Below, one piece after another: positions 25,752 through 38,355 of a stretch of DNA of 64,000 nt; within the stretch, counting starts at the first letter, position 1; each line of letters opens with the position of its first letter. This stretch comes from Octopus vulgaris (Eukaryota): NCBI GenBank assembly GCA_951406725.2, contig OX597819.1:96410001-96474000 (forward strand), written 5' to 3'. The notes below the pieces were generated by a model that worked only from the letters and a program-made list of their open reading frames with translations, was not told the DNA's origin and ran no database searches. The position numbers and the translations under genes are program-made.

Positions 25752-27839
25752 CATACACAAATACATGCATACTTACATACATATGCATGTAAGTATAGAG
25801 AAAGGCGCGAGCACGCATATACACACACGAGAGTAGAAAAGACTGCGGGAGAACATAAACCCCGCGCGCGCGTGTGCTACTGGTTATAACATATTGATAT
25901 GGGAATGTTTGCTTGTCAGCTGGATGCAGAGTGTAATCTAGAATATTTGTGTTTGTAGTCGGGACATTAGTCCTACTATCATTACTGTCGGAATGCAGGG
26001 AGAATTTCCACCTTAACAAATCGGTAACAAGCAAAACTTGAACGCCTCTTTATACCTGAAGAGAAAGTTCAAACTTCAGAACGATGAGTTGTTATATACA
26101 TACCCTGTGTTTACTATGAAAAATAACGAAGATTATCAAATGTAACCTTTACAAAGAATATGGTGTTTTGCTGTTTGCTGATCAGAGACTTTGGCATAGC
26201 TGGTGTGTGCTGCCTGGCAAACCTTAAAATTTCCACCTCGCCCAGCTTTCATGCCCTTTTCCTTGCGACGTTACAAAGCAGGGAGTCTGAATGTTTGTAT
26301 TCTCTTGAGATATTTGTGACACTTTCTGTACTTTTGAGCAATCCTAGGCTATCCTAATTTCATTCGAAATGTTTTTGTCTATGTATTTGTTTGTAGAACT
26401 TATTGTGTTATGCTCGGCAGGTGATGCGCATATGTTGAATGTAGACAGAATTTACACAGAAAATTTTAAGAAGCAAAGAGCGTTGTGGTATTAAAAAGGG
26501 ACATGTTTCTGCTTAACAATAACAATAAACAAAGAAATCACAGACAAAATATATATCTATGGAAAATAACTTTAGTAGAAGTGGGGTAGAAATTGAATAT
26601 GGGAAGTTTAGAAAGAGAGTTGAACCGATTTGTCCCTGTTTGAAGTTATTTCACTCTATCTTGCTAGTTAACAATAAGGGAAAATACATGAAAATACATG
26701 AAAATACAATAAGGGAAATACATAAGGGAAAACACATAACAATAAGGGAAAATAACATAAGGGAAAATACAACGAACCTTTCTAATTTTTTTTCTGTGGA
26801 TCTCAACAAGTGAAGAGAACTTTTGCCCGACTGGAAATCGGGTCTTTATGTTTGCCAGGGATTGAACTTTACTAAAAGTACCCAAGTACTAGTTAGTGGT
26901 ATTAAAATGGATGACAACTGAGTGAACTCTGCTAAAGTCACCCAATGACCAGATGGTTGTGTTAAATGGAATGACTACGCAGAGGATGTTGCATAAGGTA
27001 CACAAGGACCTCCTGGTGTGGTTAAACTAGGTGATGGATTAAGTCTAAAACCATTTAAAATTGATAGTATTTCTCTCTTATCAACAATTGGGTATTACGT
27101 GTGATATCTAAATAACTGATAAATGTACAATTATTACAGCAATTTGATATAAACTCAGCTTTGAAGCTTAGAACCACTCACAGGAAACCTTATAAAATTG
27201 TACTACTCTGTATTTTTCAGATGGAGTATTATAGCAACTAGCTAAGCTTTCATGTTCATTATTGTGGCTATGATTGATGATGACACTTTCAAGTTTTTCT
27301 CCAGCCGGGCGCTATTACATCGACTCAGCAAGTTGGCAAATTTCCTTTCGTTTTTCTTTCTTTTATTCCAACAAACAACGACCCCAATTGACTTAATTAC
27401 ATCGTGGGTGAAATAAACCAGCAAAGGAGCCTGTACGCGGCAATTCGTCTGGCAAAAAAAAAAAAAGAAAATAGCAGTTAAATTCCATGGAATCACATAT
27501 TATCGTCTTACAAAACAAAAAGATGGAAGCACTAGATGACGTAGTCCAAGATACAAAAAAAGACGGGTTGGTCCCAGTTGGAATGCTTTGATATGTGTCT
27601 GCTCAATGAAAGTAACCTGAGCAACAACCGAGAGTAGATTTTGCCTATCTGTGTGTGGATAAATCATCTAACAGTCTCTGTGTTTGTATGTCGTATGTGT
27701 CGCGCGTAAGTATGGGTAGATATATGAGCGTGTTTCTAATATGCATTCTTTCTTAGATCTTGTTGCCTTTATGCATACAGAGACACACTTATGTATATAT
27801 ATATATACACATACATACATACATACATACATACATACA

Positions 27840-27871
<32 letters not shown>

Positions 27872-27890
27872 AGCATATATATATACACAC

Positions 27891-27980
<90 letters not shown>

Positions 27981-28599
27981 GTATGTATATATATATATAA
28001 AATTGCAATGTTTTATACACATGTGTATATATATATATGTGTGTGTGTTTGTGTGTGTATACTAGTGGTTGTGCGTATGTGTGAGTGTGTATGTGAGTGT
28101 GTGTGTGCGTGTGTGTGCGTGTGTGCGTGTGTGTGTCTGTTTGTGCGTGCGAGCGCATATTTCTGTGTGTTTGTGATGGAGGTGGCTGAGTGAGTAACCA
28201 TCAGCGAGACTAAGATTTCCAAGCCACTGATATTTACTTCTTTTCTGAATGAATGCAGCTCTTATGCTACATTTACTCTGCGTGCATTCTACAGGGAATA
28301 CATTATTGCTCCAGATAGGCCTACACTACGAACTTACAAATATTTCCTGGACTAGCGTGAAGTTATTATTTAGCAACAAAACAGTTTTCCAATAAGAACA
28401 CCGATAACCCTTTCAAATTTTGGTACAAGGCCAGCAATTTTAGGGGTGGAGGATTATAGTCGATTAAATCGACCTCAGTGCTCAAATGGTACATTTTGTT
28501 CGACGCGCTAACGATTCTACCAGTTCGCCGTCTGGCAGACCTATCATGGAAGTCGTTTGTGCTTATCAGAATATGTACTGTTTAATGTGTTTATCTGTA

Positions 28600-28800
28600 C
28601 AGTTCTATATTTAAGAGATGAGGAATTATGTACATTATTTACGTTATTTACAATTGACGGATATGTGTCCTCATCTTGTCCTCATCATTAACACAACGTT
28701 TCGACTGATATACCCTCCAGCCTTCATCAGGTGTCTTGGGGAAATTTCAAACCTGGATTCTCATTCCTAAGGTATTTTTCGATGTTGTTGTTGTTGTTAA

Positions 28801-28898
<98 letters not shown>

Positions 28899-28955
28899 TC
28901 ACTGCCTAGAATCGAACTCGGAATCTTGGGGTTAGTAGCCCGCGCTCTTAACCAC
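28600..28955 (-). mobile_element. tRNA-headed SINE-like element with (AAT)n spacer and minimal hammerhead
   Basis: Minus strand: TGGTTAAGAGCGCGGGCTACTAACCCCAAGATTCCGAGTTCGATTCTAGG (tRNA-like, B-box), then (AAT)n, then GACAC-CTGATGA-A-GGCTG...CAGTC-GAAA-CG-TT-GTGTT at 28690-28735. Confidence 0.75.
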
Positions 28956-28957
28956 AA

Positions 28958-29132
28958 AATGCTTAGCAGTATTTCGTCCGTCTTTACGTTCTGGGTTCAA
29001 ATCCCGCTGAGGTCAACTTTGTCTTTCATACTTTCGAGGTCGATAAAATAAGTACCAGTTAAGCAGTGGGGACGATGTAATCGACTTACCCTTCGCCCGA
29101 AAATGCTGGCCTTGTGCAGAAATTTGAAACCA
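28958..29132 (+). mobile_element. SINE family B (5'-truncated); an inverted partial copy lies at 28412-28530
   Basis: aaatgcttagcagtatttcgtcc...gttcaaatcccgctgaggtcaac...gtcgataaaataagtacc. Confidence 0.8.
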
Positions 29133-29332
29133 TTATTATTATAGTTGTATTTTGCCTGTACACACACACGCACACACGCACACACACACACACACAAACA
29201 GTTTTGGAAATGATGTATTACTATTTATGTGTCTTATAGAATGGACGTTTTGAGTTATTTGCGAATTAAGGGGAAAGTGGCAATTTGAAAATGTCACCCT
29301 GCGAGAAGAAAAACAATTTTACAGACAACGCA

Positions 29333-29865
29333 CACACAAAAAAAAAAAATTAAAAAGTATTCAAATAGAAATACAAACATAATAAAAGTAATGTATCTGT
29401 TGTTTTTGACTCAAATAATTGTGTATTTGAATAAGAACAACAAAAAGATTATTACATACATATTTTTTAATATTGTGATTAATGAAGATTCTTAAAATCA
29501 GAGATAGCCAATGTATACACCGGCTATCTCTGGTTTTAATTCATTTTTAGAGGTCACACACAAGGCACCTTTTGTTTTCGTGCGGTACACATATATCAAA
29601 TGTCTTCTTCCTGCTCTTGTGTAAAATTTCGGGTCAAGGAGAAACTACCATTTGTAATATAGTCCTGTCAAACTTGTGTCTCCAATAGGAAGCGCCTCAA
29701 GACAAGCATTTTCGTTAGTCACAATATTAACAAAAATATCTGTAATGTCTGTATCTTCTTGTTGTTCTTATTCAAATACACAATTATTTGAGTAAAAAAC
29801 AACAGATACATTACTTTTATTTTGTTCGTATTTCTATTTACAATACTTTTTCATTTTTTTTTGTG
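29333..29865. repeat. Inverted repeat with ~160-bp arms and an internal hairpin
   Basis: aaagtaatgtatctgttgttttt..ctcaaataattgtgtatttgaataagaacaacaa (about 29385-29443) is complementary to about 29760-29817. An inner stem ttaaaatcagagatagcc/ggctatctctggttttaa lies at 29492-29539. Confidence 0.85.
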
Positions 29866-29949
29866 TATTTTGTGTATTTTGTTGTTTGAATACTTTTCGG
29901 AACTAAAGACAAAACCAAGAGAACTGCTGAAGTGCTAATATCTACTAGC

Positions 29950-30168
29950 TAAGGTGGTAAGCTGGCAGAATCGATAGCATGCCGGGCAAAATGCTTAGTG
30001 GTATTTCCCCCGCCTTTTACGTTCAGAGTTCAAATTCCGCCGGAAGTCGACTTTGCCTTTCACTTTTCGTGGGTAGATAAGATAAGTACCAGTTGAGCAC
30101 TGGAGTTGATGTTATCAACTTGCCCCCTCTCCCGAAGTTTCTGGCCTTATGCCAAAATTTGAAACCAG
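29950..30168 (+). mobile_element. SINE family B
   Basis: aaggtggtaagctggcagaatcgatagc...gttcaaattccgcc...aaaatttgaaacca. Confidence 0.82.
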
Positions 30169-31699
30169 TATCTGCTCTGCTTCATAAACTTGTGCGACAG
30201 TACATGGGTTACTGCATCAGAAGGTTGACAATGAAGGGTATTGTTAGTGGTATTACCCTTGACACGCTGTCGTATTTGTGGCTCAGTATAACAGTTTGTA
30301 AAATCCGAAGTGATGAAGAACAAAATGTGGTCGGGAATAGACAGTAGAGACTTACAAGTCTTTATAGTTCCAAAAGACAACAAAACTATTCTAGGATCGT
30401 ACCGAGTTGTGACCCACAAATGCTACCAGTGAGACTAACAGCTCTGAGCAGAAGACATCCTATACTTGCCCCAAAGTCTAACAACAAAAAGAAAAACGAA
30501 AAGTCAATGCCCGGATCCGGAGACTGAGGTTCCAATAATACCGCCAGTTCAAGCCACAGCACTGGAGAGAGATTTCTTTGTCTTTGGTTCCAGGAACTGA
30601 CCAGCAAGCTGAATGACTCATTACCCGAACCATATCCAGTATTTATTGATCGTGAGTGAATACGTGTGTGTGTGTGTGTGTGTGTGTATGAGAGAGAGAG
30701 AGAGAGAGATTTTGAGGAGATGTATCCATAGCAACAACAACAGCAAACCCCAGTATCCATCACACTAATCAGCAGCAGCACAACTCCACTCCGTCGTCTT
30801 GTGATGGGATGGAGATGATGGATGCAGAGAGAAAATTCCAAACTGCCGGAGGAATGTTAAATGAAAATAAATCCTTAAAATCAGAAGTAACAGCAGAAAA
30901 TATCAACAAATGGGTAGAAGAAACGCACTTTCGAACAACAACAACAGCAACAATAATTTCTGAGTTCGACATAAGGCCAACATTTTTGAGGGTAGTGGTG
31001 GTGGTGGTGGAAGGTTTTCTAATCATTTAACGATTCTGCCGCTTCACTCCCCAGAACAGTAAGGCTAACGAAGACGACACGGACGAAGAATCAAAAACCA
31101 ACTATCCTTTCAGAGATGAGAGTAGTATCTGATTAGCAGAATCACAGGTTTGTGATGCAAGAGTTACAACAGGAATGTGCTAACTGAGAATCAGTTGGGA
31201 TTTGAATATAGGGGACCCTCAAAGGACAGGAGGTAAATGAACTCAATAAAAAAACAAAAAGAACCAAGACAAGTGTATGCTGAAAACGGGAGTCGATATT
31301 TATACACCATCATCCCAGGCTACCGAAAGTATGTTATTGAGCAGCTTAAGATGCAGAAGGATGCAGTACAAGCAATAGCTGGTCGGTAGAGACGTAGAGT
31401 GCTCTAACTTGTATATGGATGAGAACACTATATGTTCATCCCTTTTAAATCATGCCTTGTTTTCACTGTTCTGTATAATATTTTTTATTTATGGTAAGTA
31501 TTGGCGCGATTTTAGAGATTTTTAACTTGTTCCATTACACAGCTTATAACATCTTTCATCTCTACCTTCATTTCTATATAACTTGCCTGTCCACTGTATG
31601 CGATTTTGAAAGCTCTTTTCAATGTGTATAGTATTACTGTACCTCTTCGAGCCCTTTGGTCATCAAAGAAGAGATTATTATAATTATTATTATTGTAAT

Positions 31700-31915
31700 T
31701 TAAGGCGGCGAGCTGGCAGAATCGTTAGCACACCGGGCAAAATTTTTAGCAGCATTTCGTCTGTCTTTACATTCTGAATTCAAAGTCCGCCGAGGTCGAC
31801 TTTGCCTTTCATCCTTTCGGGGTCGATAAATTAAGTACCAGTCAAGTACTGGGGTCGATGCGACTTTCCCCCCTCCCCACATTTCAGGTCTTGTTCCTTT
31901 AGTAGAAAAGATTAT
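31700..31915 (+). mobile_element. SINE family B
   Basis: aaggcggcgagctggcagaatcgttagc...gccgaggtcgactttgcctttcatcctttcggggtcgataaattaagtacc. Confidence 0.88.
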
Positions 31916-31916
31916 T

Positions 31917-32290
31917 ATTACCTCTGCCTTAGCGAAGGCGGAGATTTTGTTTTCAGTCGTGTTTGTTTGTTTGTTTGTCTGTGGACAAGATATCTCAAGA
32001 ACCCCAGGGTGGTTTCGGATGAAACTTTCAGAGATGTTTGGGCTGGTAACTGGCACGAACCCATTAGATTTTGGAATCGATCCAGTACCAGACAAGGATT
32101 CTGGATTATTTTTCCGTTATTTTTTTCCCTTAGTTTTTGAGAGTGGTCGGGTTCATTTTTTGTATTCACGATTGTGAGAGCAGTCGAGTTCATTTCAGAT
32201 ATTCACATTCTAAAAATCGTCTCCGGCTAATCGTTGAGAGGGCGTTCGTGTTGCCTTGGCGGAGATTTGCCCTCTCTGAGTGCTCTTGTT
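31917..32290 (+). mobile_element. Helentron-associated non-autonomous element (HINE/DINE-1-like)
   Basis: T-rich termini, subterminal inverted repeats cctctgcc / ggcggag (5' hairpin plus a 3' copy at about 32257), internal (GTTT)n/GTCT microsatellite, and a short 3' stem-loop. Confidence 0.72.
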
Positions 32291-32291
32291 G

Positions 32292-32295
<4 letters not shown>

Positions 32296-32362
<67 letters not shown>

Positions 32363-33480
32363 TTCATTAGCATCTACTTTCAATCATGTTTCCATTTCTG
32401 CCGAGTGTCTTCCTGACACCTAGGTTAGAGACACGTACTGTATACGTTGGTAGGCCATTAAAACAAACACTAGATTGTTCAGTTACAGAATCATGTGATC
32501 GAGAAAAGGGGGAAGACAGAGAGAAAAAGGAAAAAATTAAAACAATAGAAAAGTATACAAATAAAATAAAGAGGGGGTAGGTGGGTAGGAAAAACATTCA
32601 CAGTGACAGTGCTCTTCTCAATACGTGTGACATACCAGTTAAGATAATCTTTTACACTTCCTGCATGGATGGTAAGCCAGGGATCGTTCTTAAATAATTT
32701 TCAGTTCCTTTTAGTTCCTTTTTTGATCATTCCAAGTACTCCTACAATCACTGGTATTGTGACCGCCTTGAAATGGCGACATCTTTTCGATTTTGATTGG
32801 CAAATTTTTATATTTTCTGAGCTTATCAAATTCTTTTGCCGAGATATCATTGACACAGGGTATATTCATGTCAATCAATAAACAGACTCTATTGTTTTGG
32901 TCTTTCACAACAATATCTGCTTTATTTGCCTTGATGGTCCGGTCTGTACATACTGGGAAGTCCAAAAGTATAGTTACATTTCCTTCCTCAGTTATAGCCT
33001 CAGGGTGGTGCTTGTACCATTTGTCAGCAGTCTTGATTTTATAATGCTGACACATTATCCAATGTAGATATTGGCCAATTCAGTCATGTCTTGATTTGTA
33101 CTCTACAGGTGCTAAAACTTTACGTCTAGAGATTAAGTGGTCGACTGTTTCTATCCCATCGTTGCAAATTCGGCACTTTGGGTCTACACCATTTTTCATC
33201 ACATTAGCATGATAGTTCCGGGTCAATTGTTCAAGCACATTTTGCTTTGCTGTTGATTTCACCTTCTTTGCAACTACCGTTACTGCACTTCCATCATACT
33301 GTTGAACCTGGGTATTATGCATAAATTCACTTGAAAATATTTGGCTTTCCTTCATAACAGACTGAAGCTTCTTACGTATTTCATGGTTTTCAACGAGCTT
33401 TAACATCCAGCCGTTAGATGTTTCAAGATATTTTGTCAGTTCAATTGTAGTGGTTTTGTAGGAGATTTCAAACTGGATCT
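32296..33480 (-). pseudogene. R4/Dong-like non-LTR element 3' fragment (zinc knuckle + restriction-like endonuclease) with (TAA)n tail
   Basis: DPKCRICNDGIETVDHLIS...EYKSRHD, then VTILLDFPVCTDRTIKANKADIVVKD...CLLIDMNIP...KEFDKLRKY, ending ILTGMSHVLRRALSL*. The 3' UTR runs into (TAA)n. Confidence 0.85.
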
Positions 33481-33529
33481 TACATTTCTCCGGCTCCAGT
33501 AATCTTTCGACTTGATGATTGTATCATAT

Positions 33530-34620
33530 AATTCCTGATTCAAATCCCCACCTCTGGCACAGCTTCTAGTGCAAAACTTTTACAACTTGGTCGTGCCTCC
33601 ATTTCTTATATTCTTCCTGTGCTAACTTGCAGTATTCTGTCACAATATGTGCCACTGTCGCGTTCCAAGTTCCACGGGCTCTACATTTTTCTGACACATT
33701 CTCTCAATACATATTTTTTCTCAAGTTGTTTGTTTTTATCGCCTGATCTTGGACTGCTACAATTAGGTTCTCTGTTTCTTTTTTGAACCAAGCTCATGAT
33801 TTTGTTCCACATACGTTTTCAGTGGCTCTCCAAAATTGACCACGTAGAGGTTTCTCTTTGACTTGTCTGACGTACTCTCTTTGTATTTCATTCTTGCCTC
33901 TTTCTTTTATTACGCACTTCATCACCTGTTTTTTTTTAACTGTCTTTACTATTTTTTCTGTGCTGCACAGTAAATACTCTACTAGACGTTTTCGTTTCAT
34001 CTGTACATGTTCTTATACAGCTATTAAGCCTCATCTACGTTGATCTCTCCTCAAGTACAGCCGGTTGATACCAGCTTTCGGATGGTGGTCTCCATATGTC
34101 GTCAACAACTTCCTAGTTTTTCTATCAAGTTTTTTTTTTTTATATCAAGTTTTTATCAAGTTTTTTTTTTTTTGGTAATTCCAACTCAAAATCTGATTAA
34201 GGGGACAGCGCTTGAATTTATTGCTTCAATAAGATTTTTGGAATTCAGCTTTGACACCAGTAACTTTCGTACTCTCCTTGTGTATTCCCTACTGGTAATT
34301 TGTTTCATTTCTTCATTTTTTATCTCGTTTGCTTCCAGTATTCCCAAGTACTTAAATCACTGTCCTTTCTCAACCGCTCTCGTTGTTTGCCCATTTGGCA
34401 TTTCAATTCCCTGGCTTCTTTCAAATCTTCCTCATTTTATTTTCAATATAGCGCACTTTTCTATACCGAATTCCATACCTACATCATTTGAGAAAATGCG
34501 GACAGTATGTACAAGGCTTTCAAGCTCTTTCTCATTTTTCGCATAAGCCTTTATATTATCAGTGAAAAGGAGATGATTTATCTGACCATTTTCTTTTCCC
34601 AAATCGTAAGCAATTTTGAT
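33530..34620 (-). pseudogene. Second R4/Dong-like fragment (RT C-terminal half to zinc-knuckle region)
   Basis: INHLLFTDNIKAYAKNEKELESLVHTVRIFSNDVGMEFGIEKCAIL, KPLRGQFWR, ETENLIVAVQDQAIKTN, KLAQEEYKKWRHDQV. Confidence 0.85.
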
Positions 34621-34649
34621 TTTTCGTAGTATTATCATCACCAAACACC

Positions 34650-34701
<52 letters not shown>

Positions 34702-34730
34702 TGATAATGATGATGATGGTGATGATGATG

Positions 34731-34774
<44 letters not shown>

Positions 34775-35015
34775 TATTATTATTATTATTATTTAAGGCC
34801 GTGAGCTGGCAGAATCGTTAGCACGCTTGACTAAATGCTCAACGGCGTTTCGTCTATCGCTACGTTCTGAGTTCAAATTGAGCCGAGGTCAAACATTGCC
34901 TTTCATCCTTTCGGAGTCGATATATTAAGTACCAGTGAAATACTGAGGTCGATAGAATCGACTAGTCCCCTTCCCCCAAATTTCAGGCAGACCTTGTGCC
35001 TATAATTGAAAGGAC

Positions 35016-35063
<48 letters not shown>

Positions 35064-35170
35064 CATCATCATCATCATCATCATCATTATTATTATTATT
35101 ATTATCATCATCATCATCATCATCATCATTATTATTATTATTATCATTATTATCATTATTATTATTATTA

Positions 35171-35240
<70 letters not shown>
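34650..35240. repeat. Compound (TAA/TGA)n and (TTA/TCA)n trinucleotide microsatellites flanking a SINE B copy (34795-35015)
   Basis: Directly visible repeats; SINE B head aaggccgtgagctggcagaatcgttagc. Confidence 0.9.
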
Positions 35241-35243
<3 letters not shown>

Positions 35244-35852
35244 GGCGGCGAAGTCGACTTTGTCTTTCATTCTTTCGGCATCGATGAAATATATATTAGT
35301 TTAGCATTGGGGTTGATGTAATCGACTTACTTCCTCCCCTCTCTCGAAATTACCGGCCTTATGCCAAACTTTGAAATCATTATTATTATTGTATGATTGC
35401 CTTTGATGCTGGCTGCATCTAAAGAGGCAGTATAGTAATTGAGGTTCCATTAGAAGATAGGTAGAGATAAATGTGGTTGGTTTGTTTATTAAGTATCAAC
35501 ACTTTCTATACGAACCTGTATATAATATTTCATCGCAACTGGAGATTCTACCACGGAGGGGAACGCCGCACAAATTAATCATTTACGATAGTCTGCTGTA
35601 GTTTCCTGATATAAACTTCCAGATTGTGACCGACGTTCACCTCTGTTGCAATTTTAATGAGATTTCAGGAGGTTTCTAAGCTCATCCATAATAATGTCAA
35701 CTATGCGCACTTCATCAAAAAGCGAATATAGGATTCGAACTGCAAAATATGACATTTAGTCTCCTAATGACCTGTGTGTTAATTACTATTGAGTTTCAAG
35801 TTAATCTTAATGCATAAAATACAGAGGTGTGAGTGATTATACTCATATCGAT

Positions 35853-35936
<84 letters not shown>

Positions 35937-35941
35937 ATACG

Positions 35942-35999
<58 letters not shown>

Positions 36000-36074
36000 T
36001 ATATATGTTTATTTTATCAGTTTCAGCTCAAAGCTGTGGCCATGCTGGGGCACCGCCGTTGAATATTATTTTCT

Positions 36075-36270
36075 ACTCTAGGCACAAGGCCCGAAATTTT
36101 TGGGGAGGGGGCCAGCCGGATAGATCAACCCCAGTATGTAACTCGTACTTAATTTATCGACCCCGAAAGGATGAAAGGCAAAGTCGAATTTGAACTCAGA
36201 ACGTAATGATAGACGAAATGCCGCTAAGCATTTCGCCCGGCGTGCTAACGTTTCTGCCAGCTCGTCGCCT
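36075..36270 (-). mobile_element. SINE family B
   Basis: tttatcgaccccgaaaggatgaaaggcaaagtcga...gctaacgtttctgccagctcgtcgcctt. Confidence 0.85.
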
Positions 36271-36374
36271 TTGTATCTATCTATCTATATATATATATAT
36301 ATTCGCATTCGCCATGACAGATCGCTAGCCACTACACATTCTTTATTTTCTCTCCTTGTTTCTTTCTATATTCC

Positions 36375-36408
36375 TTTCTGTGGAAGTGCGTAGGCTCGAA
36401 ACGTTAAA
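36375..36408 (+). ncRNA. Degenerate minimal hammerhead-like motif
   Basis: TTT-CTGTGGA-AGTGC...GCTC-GAAA-CG-TT-AAA. The core is mutated; same family as the motif at 59471. Confidence 0.4.
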
Positions 36409-36559
36409 CACTTTTTCACTCCCCGAGCGTTATACTAATATATCTCTTGGTTGTCTACACTACCTGTCTTCGTCCTTTATTTTGTGAATTCTCCCTATAT
36501 ATATATATATAAATATATATATATACATTAATGTATATATATATATTAATGTATGTATG

Positions 36560-36606
<47 letters not shown>

Positions 36607-36620
36607 GTATATATGTATAC

Positions 36621-36651
<31 letters not shown>

Positions 36652-36663
36652 TATACACATATA

Positions 36664-36725
<62 letters not shown>

Positions 36726-36986
36726 TATATATATATATATTCAGTGAAAAATATTCAGTGAAATCCGTGAAGGTATAGTCAGTAGAGCCAGTGGTAACTC
36801 GTGTGGGTTGCTGGTGTATATATATATATACATACATATATTAATTATAATAAAAGGTAAAATTCATTAATGATTGTACCAGGGGCAGCGCGGAAATAAA
36901 ACCTTATAGGTAAATGTTGCAAATATTTTATAATTATGCACGTAATTATAACGAGGGATTGGCTATAAACCTCTTCACGCGCTGGA

Positions 36987-37041
36987 AAAATAGACGCCAA
37001 AAGACAGTAAGGTGGTAATAATGTCTTTTGGCGTCTATTTT
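36987..37041. repeat. Perfect 20-bp hairpin
   Basis: aaaatagacgccaaaagaca / tgtcttttggcgtctatttt with a 15-nt loop. Confidence 0.9.
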
Positions 37042-37086
37042 CATGCGGGTTTTATGACTATGTATATAATTATAAAATATTTATAT

Positions 37087-37929
<843 letters not shown>

Positions 37930-38019
37930 GTTTATAAATTTAACCTTTAAAGGTATTTTTTAATATGCTGACCATTGATAGAATTTTTTTTCGAAAAATT
38001 CTATCCTATATTTATATAT

Positions 38020-38355
38020 ATAAATGAGTACCAGGCTTTTTCTTCTTTTAAGCCTGGTACTCATTTTATCGTTCTGTTTTGCTGAAGCTTTAAGTTACGG
38101 GAACGTAAACAAACCAACACCGGTTGTCTAGCGATGTATGTGTCTAGAAGAGGGGACAAACACAAACACAAAATCAACCGTACACATGTATAACAGGCTT
38201 CTTTCAGTTTCTGTTTACCAAGTTCATTCACAGGACTGGTCGGCCTGAGGTTATAGTAAAAGACAATTACTCAATGTGCCACGCCGTAGGACTGAATCTG
38301 GAACTACGTGGCTGGGAAGTAATCTTCGTACCATACGGAGACGTTTGCGCCTGTA
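38020..38355 (-). mobile_element. SINE family A, degenerate
   Basis: aagcctggtactcattttatc...aacaccggttgtc...cttctttcagtttc...cctgaggttatagta. Confidence 0.75.

Noticed and set aside
28895-28955. Possible functional tRNA gene (also the SINE heads at 44815 and 31700)
   Set aside because: The 28.9 kb head is truncated in the D-arm with no acceptor stem; all three are fused to repeat bodies, so they are SINE heads rather than tRNAs.
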